Below are positions 12,020 to 22,500 of a stretch of DNA of 64,000 nt, one piece after another (the first letter of the stretch is position 1; the number at the start of each line of letters is the position of its first letter). The translations under genes were made by a program, and so were the position numbers. The DNA lies in the NCBI RefSeq assembly GCF_020745735.1, contig NW_026867487.1:4729239-4793238 (forward strand). Direction: 5' to 3'. This stretch comes from Hemiscyllium ocellatum (lineage: Eukaryota). The notes beneath the pieces are model-generated. The model made no database searches. It was given only the letters and a program-made list of their open reading frames with translations, and was not told the origin of the DNA.

Positions 12020-12420
12020 CACATAGTAATAGAAGAAGCAGAGGGCCATTTAACCCATCGAGCCCGTTTTGCCAATCATTAAGATCTATCCATTGTCTCG
12101 GCTCTTCTGACCTGCATTATCCCCATAACCCTTATTTCCCCAAATATGCAAAAACTCATTGAAATGTGTCTTGAATAAATTTAATGAAGCTGCCTCCTCT
12201 GCTTCCTTTGGCAGGGAATTCCACTGTCTCTGGGAAAAGCAGTTTCTCCTTTACTCAATCCTAAACCCACTTGTCCTAATATTGAGGCCACCACCTCCAA
12301 AGCCAGTAAATCTTTCCTCAAGTAAGGAGGTCAGAACTGCGCACAATACTCCGGGTGCGGCCTCACCAACACTTTGTACTGTTACAGCAGAACCTCCATG
12401 CTCTTAAATGCAATCAGCAT
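12020..12420 (-). mobile_element. Degenerate CR1-like 3' fragment (paralogs ~28600-29200, ~60700-61290)
   Basis: LIEFKSREVLLQL..VLVSPY.EYCAQF..PYL motif in the U2 and U4 copies. Confidence 0.7.
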
Positions 12421-12694
12421 TAAATATTAAGCACTAGTGAGCAGGGCTGACTTTGACAAAGGGGAGAATTGAAGTTAGTGCTGCTGTCAGGTTTATTCAG
12501 TGATCAGCAAGCCCTGGCGTGGAGTATATTTTGGGTCGACATTGATAGATTAATGAATCAATAGGGACAGATGTGAAATGAATAGTCTGCCAGAAGTTGG
12601 AAATGATGTGGATCATATTGTTCGCTAGTGGAGCAGGTTGAACGGAACAAACAGCCTCCTTCATTTCGCACCGGACGTCCCGTGGTCAACATGT

Positions 12695-12702
12695 TGACGT
12701 CA
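12695..12702. promoter_or_regulatory. CRE palindrome in the V3.1 promoter (also 61853-61860 for V3.4; absent before V3.2)
   Basis: TGACGTCA ~150-160 bp upstream of the leader ATG. Confidence 0.65.
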
Positions 12703-12848
12703 TTGACTGGAGATCAAAGCAGCTGTTAGCCGATATGGTGATTCCGAACCATTCAGCAACGAGACCGGATATGACGCACCATTGACTGCCAGCTGAAAAG
12801 AATCAGCTTCAATTTTTATAGTTCTCACTCACCATCTGCTCTGCAAAT

Positions 12849-13362
12849 ATGTCGACTGTTATTATTTATTCATTTCTCACTACTACAATGTTCTTAAAAG
12901 GCAAGTCTCTGAGTTGTAAAATATTCTCTTGTGTTAAAATATCTATAGCAATTTTCGATTTGTTTGTGTTTCCCTCGATTACAGTATATGCGTTGACTCG
13001 GTAACATTCATAGTGAGCATCATTTTAATGTCACTTTATTTTTATATTTGCACAGGTGTTAATTGTGCCGATTCGATCTCACAGAAGCCGGTTACAGTGA
13101 TACAATTTGAAAGAGATTCAGTAACCATTCGTTTCAGATATTCGACCAAGTATAGCATGCATACTTTGCAACTGTACCGTCAGGACCCAGGGAAATCTCC
13201 AATATTCTTAATCTACGTTGACAACTTTGGCAGTATTAACAGAGGAGAGGGGGTGTCCGATCGATTTTCTGCATCTTTGCACAACTCAAAAACTGAGGGG
13301 AATTTCACCATCTATGAACTGCAGGTGTCTGACAGCGCAGTATATTACTGTGGACTGAGAGA
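12849..13362 (+). CDS. TRAV: TCR alpha/delta-type V segment V3.1 (leader 12849-12900, GC-AG intron 12901-13055, V exon 13056-13362); open frame but lacks Cys23 and Trp41
   Basis: Leader MSTVIIYSFLTTTMFLK-G|gcaagt. V exon reads VNCADSISQKPVTVIQFERDSVTIRFRYST...LQLYRQDPGKSP...DSAVYYCGLR, followed by an RSS. Confidence 0.88.
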
Positions 13363-13401
13363 CACAGTGACAGGAACCAGGCTGAGCCGCGTGCAAAAAC
13401 A
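13363..13401 (+). promoter_or_regulatory. 23-RSS of V3.1
   Basis: CACAGTG + 23 nt + GCAAAAACA. Confidence 0.92.
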
Positions 13402-14694
13402 CTGCCCAAATGGAACCAAGAGCTAAATGTGGCTCGTCAAGTCGAGAGTAACATTTACTTCCTACCTTAATACCAGAATGAACCAAGTTCAACTTAAAAA
13501 AAATATATTTCACACCGAAAGGTCAATGGGTGCTGACTCCGAGAGGGATCTGTGTTCTCACTCTATGTTTAATACAAGTGAATAAGATGCAAACGTGCGA
13601 TCAGAGAATTGATGCCATTGGGCAAATGAAAGTGATTGCCAGAGAATTACTGTTAGAAATATCTGGCATTGTGCTCCAGCCAGTGAAGGGGGTGCACAAC
13701 AGAAATCATGAATCATCAGCTTCAGAACTCCCTGTGACACTGAATAAAGTGACAGCAGAAACTTGACTTCGAGCAATGCGATGAGATGCGTCCAATATCC
13801 AAAAGCAAATCTGTCATTCTTCTTGATATACGTCAATTTAGTGTTTGCCCTCGGTCTGATTTTGATCATCCATTAGCTATTCCATGTATCTGCAGCTTAT
13901 GATTCCTCTGTGATTGATTATTGTTGTACTGATGTTTGCTCATTAGCTTCTTGTCTTGATAACAATGTCATGGCGCCATCTAATGATGTAGATACTTGAT
14001 ACTAATACATGTAAATGTCTTTAACATTGAGAAATCTCTGATCAGTTTACTACATTTGTTTTGACTTTCACAAGACAGGCTTCAGTGACCATTGTAAATT
14101 GATATTTCACGTCACATCCATTTGTTCCTTTGAATGTAATATTTCTGGAACGTTTGATCTGGGATATATTTCGTTCGAAGTTGGAGTTAGACATGAAAGA
14201 GCAAAATGCAACCATTTCAGAAGCGGACAGTTTAGAGTTGTGAGAGGAAGAATAAAATTGAGATTGTCAATGTCACGCCTCTGGCTTTCAATTTGCACCT
14301 GCATAGTGAAGATTGGGAGATCAGATTTTACGGAATCAATTTTCGCAAATGCACCTCAGTAGCCTGGAGAACATGGCGTTAACGGTGTGTTCTCTCAACC
14401 AGTGTGACAAAAGCTGAGAACAAAACGTTCTGAAGAGGAATCATATCAGACTCGAAAAGTTAACATAGTTTCACTCTTGACAGATATTGCCAGATCTGTT
14501 GAAGCTCTGTAGCTGTTTCTGATGTTATTGCATATTTGTCACCGATTACATCACCGTAATATTCCTTTGCAATGTTATCATTTTGTGATTTAACTTCATT
14601 TTGTTGGGGAGGGGGGAATAAAAAGCAGTCTTTGCAAAGCCCTTCAAAATTGCTATGAGTGACTTTACTTCATGTCGGGGGAGATAGGGAGGAC

Positions 14695-14795
14695 TGCATT
14701 ATTCCTGATGAAGAGCTTAAGCTCGAAACGTTGACCCTCCAGATCTGTCTGACTTGTTGTGCGTCTCCAGTGCCACACTTTTGACTTTATTTCAC
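14695..14795 (+). mobile_element. Penelope-type pLTR remnant with hammerhead motif (paralog 31940-32040); related decayed tails at ~14405-14530, ~15560-15655, ~32810-32915, ~48460-48560, ~63565-63680
   Basis: CTGATGA-A-GAGC-TTAA-GCTC-GAAA-CGTT at 14705-14732 and 31949-31976. Confidence 0.65.
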
Positions 14796-15089
14796 GTCGC
14801 CACAGCAGGGTGTTGGTTGAAGTTTTCAATAAGCGATAATCACAGTTCAATTGAACTTCTTTTAATTTCAAAAATATAGTTTACTCATAAAACATTTTCA
14901 TGTATATACCTTGAACTAAAAACTGTTCCGTTCTACACAGTTGCTTATCAAGTAAACACACAGAACGTTCGAGTTTGACTAAATACAAACCAAAGACCTC
15001 TCCTGCACATACAACGCTGCTATTTACAAATATTTGTCACACTAGGAAAGTCCGAAAATTGAATGTACCCTCATTTGCCTTTTGCATGA

Positions 15090-15520
15090 TGACCTCAGTC
15101 TATGGTCTTTCAGTCGGTGTCTTGGCAGTAGCTGCCCCAATTTTTCATGTGGACTTCAGCATGTAGTCCTGATCATAAGAATATCTCAATGTGCAAAATC
15201 AAATCGAGGTCAACTCGTTATTCTGGAAGATGAACAAGGCTCAGCAGACCAAGCAGTGTCTTTCAATGCTTTGATGGTCCTCAAGGTGCAATTGATGCCT
15301 GTAATGGCGTGTGTCCGAGGGAAAAGCCCATAGCGCACATGAAGCTGCTCAGGACGAGCATCAACAAAATTATTGCATTTTACTCCATACCTACTTGGCA
15401 AAGGCAAATTCGAGAAGGAGATGTGTGACAATCTCAAACCCTCGGCAGCCAGTTCAAGTGTGTTTGTGGTGAAACAGGCGGACCATGCATTTACGGTAGA
15501 GCCTTTCCCACCACCAGCCA
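15090..15520 (-). mobile_element. Tx1/L1-like LINE 3' fragment (paralogs ~32345-32770, ~63760-64000)
   Basis: Minus-strand YGLFPRTH..INCTLRTIKALKDTAWSA and KELTPTEC...LKIGAATAKTQW, typical of a Tx1 ORF2 C-terminus. Confidence 0.65.
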
Positions 15521-15859
15521 AACGATGTCTTCAAATAGGGGTTGTATTGATAATGTTGTTTCAAATCTGAGGAAAGGGCACGGGACACAAAACGTAAACT
15601 TTAATTTCTCTTCACTGATGCCACCAGACCTTTTCCAGAAACCCCCGTTTTTGTATCAGTATCAGTCCATTAGTTTCATGACCCAAAGGGAAAATCTCTG
15701 CAATCAGGGATAAGTGTCCAGGCAGTTAAATAAACAGAATCCCAGCGGAGTCATATAAACAAAATCGATTCGAAAATTCCGAATGTTTGGATTACAATAC
15801 CACCTGTAACTTTCTCTCAACGTAAGTCACCAATTTACAGAGAACAGTATATATATTAT

Positions 15860-15985
15860 TTCACTGCCGCTGAGTCAAAATTCTGGATCTCCCTTGATAA
15901 CAGCACTGTGAGTTTCCTTCCATCTCAAAGAGCACAGCAGTCCAAGAGGCAGATCACCTCCACCTTCTCCAATGCAATTTGTGGT
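15860..15985 (+). mobile_element. LINE 3'-end fragment, probably L2-clade (paralogs ~33120-33245, ~48750-48870)
   Basis: TCACTG..GCTGAGTCAAAATTC..GAACTCCCTTGCTAACAGCACTGTG motif. Confidence 0.5.
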
Positions 15986-16731
15986 CGTAATAGTATTCGG
16001 TTTCACTTAAATGTCGCCAGAGGCAGGACAGGATCCTCTCGTCTTTACACAATTGACATAATCAGGTATGAACGATTGAGAACAATCAACAAAATTGAGG
16101 TGTTCGTTGAAGAATGTTCATTTCCAGACAGCCCAGCAAGCAGAAACCACATGCGAATAAGATTTCCACTAATCACTTCGCCTCATTAATCTGCCATTAT
16201 TGAGTGTGTTTATTTGATTAGTGTTGTTCAGATTGGAGCTATATCCCACTTGCTGGTTGGTATTTGAAAGCAAGTCTACGTTATCCTGGACCAACGAATC
16301 TGTCTCTCGCTATTTTGAAACTGTTAACATGCAGCTGCAGAGGCAGGACCTCAATACACACAAAATGTTTGATGTTATTCAGGTTGCTCCGGCGGTGCAC
16401 GTGGCCGATCAGAATCACGTGACCGATTATGGTTTCCCTCACCAAATGCTTTGGATTTTGTTGGACGTAACTCGTTGCAGCATTTTCGCTATATCTCATT
16501 GCAGTAAACGTGGAACGCTTTGGGACATTTCAAAAGGCATGGACTCATGCATTCACTTTTCATTCACTAAACTGACAGCTTTTGTTTATTTCAATAATAT
16601 ATTTATAACGAATAAAGTCATGTATTCAAGTGAAAAAGTATCAGATTTTACGCGAATTCGGGTACAATTTCAGATCCACTCTTGATCTCACCGTTTGCCT
16701 GACACACTGTCATGTTCAGTGACTCCCTGAC

Positions 16732-16770
16732 AGTTTTTGTACAGTGTCGGCCCAGTTCTGACTCTCCGTG
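16732..16770 (-). promoter_or_regulatory. 23-RSS of V4.1
   Basis: Minus strand CACGGAG + 23 nt + ACAAAAACT. Confidence 0.88.
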
Positions 16771-17836
16771 GGGCTCAGTGCGCAGTAATACACTGCAGAG
16801 TCTGCCAGCTCTGTTTTCACCACTTTCAGGTTGATGGTGCTGTTCACATGATCGAGCTTTGAGGAAAACCGGTCCCCTTGAAACCTTTCTGCGTTCGCTC
16901 CAAATTTGCTTCTCTGTAGCAGAATCTCCATGGATCCATTGGAATGTTGGAGGTACCAGTAAAGGTAAGGAGTGCTGCTTGTTGTCGTATAATTACAGAA
17001 CAACTGGACATTGCCTTCCTCATTCACTGCAATTGAAGCCGGTGTCTGTGAGACAGAATCTCCTCGGCAAAGACCTGCAAAAATCGATTGATCAATTTAC
17101 TTGATTGATTTGTCACGTGTACCTCAGTGCACTGGAAAGCTTTCTTTACCAGCGGTGTCGGCAGATCATAGAAAAGAAGGATGTACAGATAATAGAATGA
17201 GAAGAACAAATTTAGACAGAGGCAGACAGGTTACGTTGCAAAGGTCAACATTAGCAGGATCAGCACTTTAAGTTACAGACTCTCGGAGAATCCGAAAATT
17301 ACAGAAAATATTTCATTATTCTGTTGCCACAGTCACCCCGTGACCTTGAACAATAACCTGCGAAATAAGTTCGGGAAAGAACAAAAATTAATTTCATGCA
17401 ACTCGGCAGCTGTATTGGTAAAGGGATTTGCCAGATTAAATAAAACCTCCTTCAGTACACGGGTCACACCGCCTAACAAGGTTATTTTCCATTTCGTTCC
17501 CGATCCTGAAGGGAAAACTGCAGATGGTATGTTAATTTATATCTCTCGCCTCTGTCAATGTATCTGAACAGACCCCGTCCTTCCTAATTCCCAACCTAAG
17601 TCTTCAACAGTCTTTCACTTGGGTCGTTTGCTAACTCATACCAAATAGTGCAGGTGTTGGATAAATTTGGTTATATTGATTTGGAGACAATGTATCGCTT
17701 CTTCTACTTTGAATGGAACTGTTGGGGTTAATGTAATTGTCGCTGTGGATATGAAAGAAAAAGATCATCAACTTATCAACCTACCCGTTAGAACAGCTAC
17801 AGCTGTGAGGAATAAACACAATGCTCCACGCGTCAT
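16771..17836 (-). CDS. TRAV: TCR alpha-type V segment V4.1 (leader 17836-17785, 710-nt intron, V exon 17074-16771), intact
   Basis: Leader MTRGALCLFLTAVAVLT-G|gtaggt. V exon reads LCRGDSVSQTPASIAVNEEGNVQLFCNY...YWYLQH...DSAVYYCALS, followed by an RSS. Confidence 0.9.
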
Positions 17837-19164
17837 TGTTACCGAGAGATCACAGCGAATGTGAGCAGATCGAAGCTAAAGTAATTTTCGTCAAGAACAG
17901 CTAACATTTCCGGATCTCTGCCCATTGGTTCATTGTTGACAAAGGCATGAGGTGACAATCAATGAGTATCAAACGCATTTGTTCATTAATTCAAACAATC
18001 AGCTTCACGCTCCTTGAACTTCACTTCATATGGCCACAAGAGAAAGGAACACCGTGAATTTATTAGCCAGACGACGGGGTCTTGCATATACTTTGAACCA
18101 ACACTGATATTTAGCAGTTTTAGGTTCTCTGCAGGCGAAGTCAGAGAAGGAACACAGTACACGTTGTTCGTGTGTCAGAAACTGGAGTTCTTCAGTTCAG
18201 AGAACTGCTCTATGGCGTTTTGAGAACTTCCTTTCGCCAGGCTGAGAGTCAGTGTCTTTGAGTTTTTTGGATACAGTGACGATGTTCATTAAAAAACAGC
18301 GCATTTTCAATTTCTTAAATAGTTGAGTGGAATGTCGATTTTGCTGCATTTTCTGGTAAGATTCATAGCAATCGACATTTCTTTAATTTTACATTGTGCC
18401 ATCGCAAATGTATCAACGGTATCTACACCGGATACATTACAGCAAAAAGACAAAATGGTTCACTGCCACATTTTCAACGTGCATTAGTGATGCATGCAAG
18501 AGTTGCATGCAACACCCAAATACTGAAATATTTTTTGAAGGAAGACATGATGACACAGTTTCTCTGAAAGTCTGAATGGGAATGGTGAGAGAGCAGAGGT
18601 ACACATTAATAGAAATCCTGACAGAAGAGAATGTATTTTGTCAAAGATGCAAAAGTACAGTTTCCACTGGAACAGATATCTAGGAATGTTGCACCTCAAG
18701 GAAATGAACAGTTGAGTCGATGGGATGATGTCGAATGATTAGCTTATTCGAATAATTTTTGAGAAAATTGGAATGTGTAAGCGTTAATGAAATGTGAATG
18801 ATGTGAAAAGAGAGGCCAAATTACTTTCCTTCCAGGTTAATTTATGACTTAAACTGATGTAATATTTAACGTCTATGCTTGACACTCATTATTTTCTCAT
18901 TTATCTCTCAATAGATTGCCATCGTTTTATCTTCTACATGTGTTGTTACTTTATTTCCACTCTTTCTCTCATCTTTTATTTCACTGATGTTAGCATATGT
19001 GAATGTGCTTGCTTTGTCTTCACCCATATTTTCAATTCTCTTCACTTCATGCACTCTTTACGTCTTGCTCGGCTGTTCTATCTCTTTTTCTATTACCGTG
19101 GTCCCCTTAACATCGAAATATACAGCCCTGAAATAATTGCATTGATGCTCAGCAGTGCAGCATA

Positions 19165-19203
19165 GGTTTTTGTTCAGACTCACCCTCTGCTTGTAACACT
19201 GTG
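19165..19203 (-). promoter_or_regulatory. 23-RSS of V1.1 (perfect consensus)
   Basis: Minus strand CACAGTG + 23 nt + ACAAAAACC. Confidence 0.96.
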
Positions 19204-19541
19204 CCCCCATTGGCACAGAGATAGGTGGCGGTGTCGTTAAGTCTGGAGTCTCTCACACTCAGGACACTGAGTTTGTAATCTGTCCTGACTGAAGCGGAGA
19301 TCCTCTCATGTTGATCAGCTTCTCTTTTGGCCATTACCAGATGCTGGGGCGGCTGGTTCGGGAGCTGTCTGTACCAGTGCACTCTGTCAAACGTTTTTGT
19401 TGTGGAGCAGTCGATGGAAACGTTTTCTGCCTCCTTGACAACTTTCCACTGAGCAATTTGCATGACTTCATCCTCTCCAGTTTCTACCTTGTAGATCAAA
19501 GAGGAAAGCAGGAAAAGAAGTCGGTAAATTCGAGACATCAT
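19204..19541 (-). CDS. TRAV: TCR alpha-type V segment V1.1, single-exon leader+V, intact
   Basis: One frame: MMSRIYRLLFLLSSLIYKVETG-EDEVMQ...IDCSTTKTFDRVHWYRQ...RDSRLNDTATYLCANG, abutting a canonical RSS. Confidence 0.93.
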
Positions 19542-22500
19542 CAGGTTACATGAAGCATAAGGTCCACAGAGGTCTGTTTGAAATAAAAAGAGTTAACAAT
19601 TAGAAAAACACTCTTTTCGTGTCGAACACAGTGCTGTCTTCTTTCGAAGTTGTAAAATAAGTTATATCTTTGAATTTATCTTCCTATACCAGGCCTTACG
19701 CACAAAGAGCTGCTCAGAATGTGTGTAATGGCACTCCGCCCTCTCAATTAATATATGTCACAGATTCACTCTACCCTCTAGTGGTTATCTTCGGAAATTG
19801 CTACGTAAATTTTCTCACCACAATTGAGTTCCCACGATCGTGGTCAATGAAAACGAAAATGTCGTCCTCCCCCTCCCCACCCCCCAAACAAAAAATCGTT
19901 GCCTGGTTTGCTCTACGCATTTTATTTCAAATGCAGCATTCAACGATTTCGTGGCATTTTATTAACGCTTTGCAACTGAAACTGTACTCCACACTTTGAG
20001 CAGCCTCACTGAATCAAGCAAAATACCTCAACATTAATCCTAAACTTTTGGCCTGTGATTTGAAGCAGCACGTCTCCTCACTGTAATGCAATATTAACAG
20101 TTATTTCCATTCCGTGCACCATACTATCAGGTAGAGCTACATTAGTAACTCGTTATACTATTATGATCCTCAAAGGTGATCTTTCTGAAATCAGCCCCTG
20201 TCTCACGTGCAATCACGTAAGCTTGCAAGCACGCACGCGCGCACGCCCCACCCCCCCCCACACACACACCCACGCACATCTTCACCCTCTCTCTGATGGG
20301 GTCTGCCCAAAACCAGGCAAGTATCTCTGAAATCTCATTCTATTGGAAGATTCTGTGCATTCATTATGCTGGTGGATCAGAAGTTGAAACTAACTGGTGC
20401 GGCAGGACTTGAAGAATTGCGTATATTTCCAATCACCGCATTAGAAAGGACGTGGATGCTTTGGAAAGAGTCTCAGAAGAGGTTTATTGTGATGTTGCCA
20501 GTTACGGATGGGAGGTCTTACATGGAGAGGCTGAGGAACTTGAGGCTATTTTCATCGGAGAGAAGGAGGTTGAAAGATGAATTGATTGAGGCATAGAAGA
20601 TAATCAGAGGGTTAGATGGGGTGGACAGTGAGAGCCTTTTTCCTCAGATGGCGATGGCTAGCATGACGGGACATGGCTTTAAACTGAGGAGCGATAGGTA
20701 TCGGACAGAAATCAGAGGTAGTTTCTTTATGCAGAGAGTAGGATGGACGTGGAACGCACTTCCTGCAACAGTAGTAGACTCGCCAACTTTAAGGGCACTT
20801 AAATGGTCATTGGAGAGGCATGTGGACGAGAACGGAATAACGTAGATTCGACGTGCTTCAAATTGGTTTCACAGGTCGGCGCAACATCGAGGGCCGAAGG
20901 GATTGCACTACGCTGGAATGTTCTATATTCTAAATGTGGACCGAAGTGGCGCGACAGATAGCGTCCAAAATGAAAGGGAGCAGGGAACTTGCTAAATTTC
21001 AGATTTATGCTTTTTGTGTGTGAGTGTGTGTGCGTGTGTGTGCGTGAATCTGGGTGTCTGTGTGTCTTTGGATGTGTTTTTCTGACTGCGCATCTATTTA
21101 TGTATGTTTCTGCCTGCGTATATGTGTGCCTTTATGTGGCTACCAATATGCTTTTCTGTGTGTTCATGTGCATGTATTTGTTTGTGTTTACTTGTGTGTG
21201 CGTCTGTATTTATCTTTGTCAGCTGGTCTTTGTGTTTGTGTCTGTGTGTGTGTGTGTGTGCACTTGCGCGTGAATGGATATGTCCATCTCAGTGTGCGAA
21301 GGAAATTACTTCTGGCTTGATGTTGAAAACATGACAGTGTCGAAGTTCTCTGCTTGTTGCTGTCTTCTGAATAAGATCATATAGTTCCACCGCATGCTGT
21401 CGAAGCGCGCATTTCAAAAACCATCATATTCTTTTAAGAGGGTTCAGTTTGGAAATTTTTCAAGGACTACTTTTTACTATTCATGGCGTACTAGAACTCG
21501 GGTTTATATTTTACACTCATCCATTTTTAAACAGCTATCCAATTTTCTGATATCAATGATTAGGATGAGAATGAACAAGCCATTAACAGTACGTTTGTAG
21601 ATGACACTAATATCGGAACATCCATGGACAGTGAAGAAGGTTGTCAGAAATTACAGCAGGACCTTGATCAGCTGGGGAATTGGGCCGGAAATTGCAAATG
21701 AAATTTGATATAGAGAAGTGTGACCTCTTGCATTTTGGAAAGTCAATTCAAAGCAAGAACTCCATGCTGTATGGGAGGGCCTGAAGGAGTGTAGTGCAAC
21801 AGACATATCTTGGTGCTCAGGTACACGGTTCTCCGAAAGTCACAGTTAGACAGGACAGTGAAAAAGATTCCGGCACACTAGCCTTCTTCAGTCAGGGAAA
21901 GTGGAAATAATGTTCAAATTGTATAGGAAGTTGATGAGGCCGCATTTGGGGTATTGTGCTCAGTCTGGTCACCTTGCGATATGAAGTATTTATTAAAATA
22001 GAAAGAGTGCAGAAGAGATTTACAAGCATATTCCCTGCACTCAATGGTCTGATTTACAAGGAGAGGTTGGAAAAACTAAAACATTTATCTTTAGAGTGTA
22101 GGAGATTGAGTGGAGCAGGAGTGGGGAGTGTGGAACTTATGAAGGTGTACAAGACTATGAGAGGCATGGATGGTGTGAATTCACTGTCTTTTGTCCCAGG
22201 GTTGGAGAATCAAGAACTAAGCGGCTTTAGTTTAAGGGGAAAGAAGAAAAGGAAACGCAGGGCCAACTTTTTTAATGCAGAGGGTCGTACTCATGTGGAA
22301 TGAAGTGCCAGCGGAGGTGGTTGAGGCCGCTACATTAGCAACTTTTAAAAGACATTTAGACAAGTACATGGATAGGAAAGGATTAGAAAAGGTATGGGTC
22401 AAGCGTAGGGAAATGGTATTAGGGTTGACTGATGGCTTCGGGCATTTGAGACAGAGAGCCTGTTCCATATTGTAGGACTCTATGACTCTATCCATTTAAT

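Noticed and set aside
13972-13986. CTCF-like TCATTAGATGGCGCC on the minus strand
   Set aside because: It has two core mismatches and is not conserved in U2 or U4.
17024-17209. Hydrophobic ORF just upstream of the V4 exon as its leader
   Set aside because: It is in the wrong phase for the V exon, and the phase-1 frame has a TGA in all copies. The conserved true leader with a G|GTAGGT donor lies 710 nt upstream.
18491-18511. 9-bp inverted repeat TGCATGCAA-GAG-TTGCATGCA (also ~35761)
   Set aside because: The second copy is within the recently homogenised tract, so it is not independent evidence; there is no functional context.
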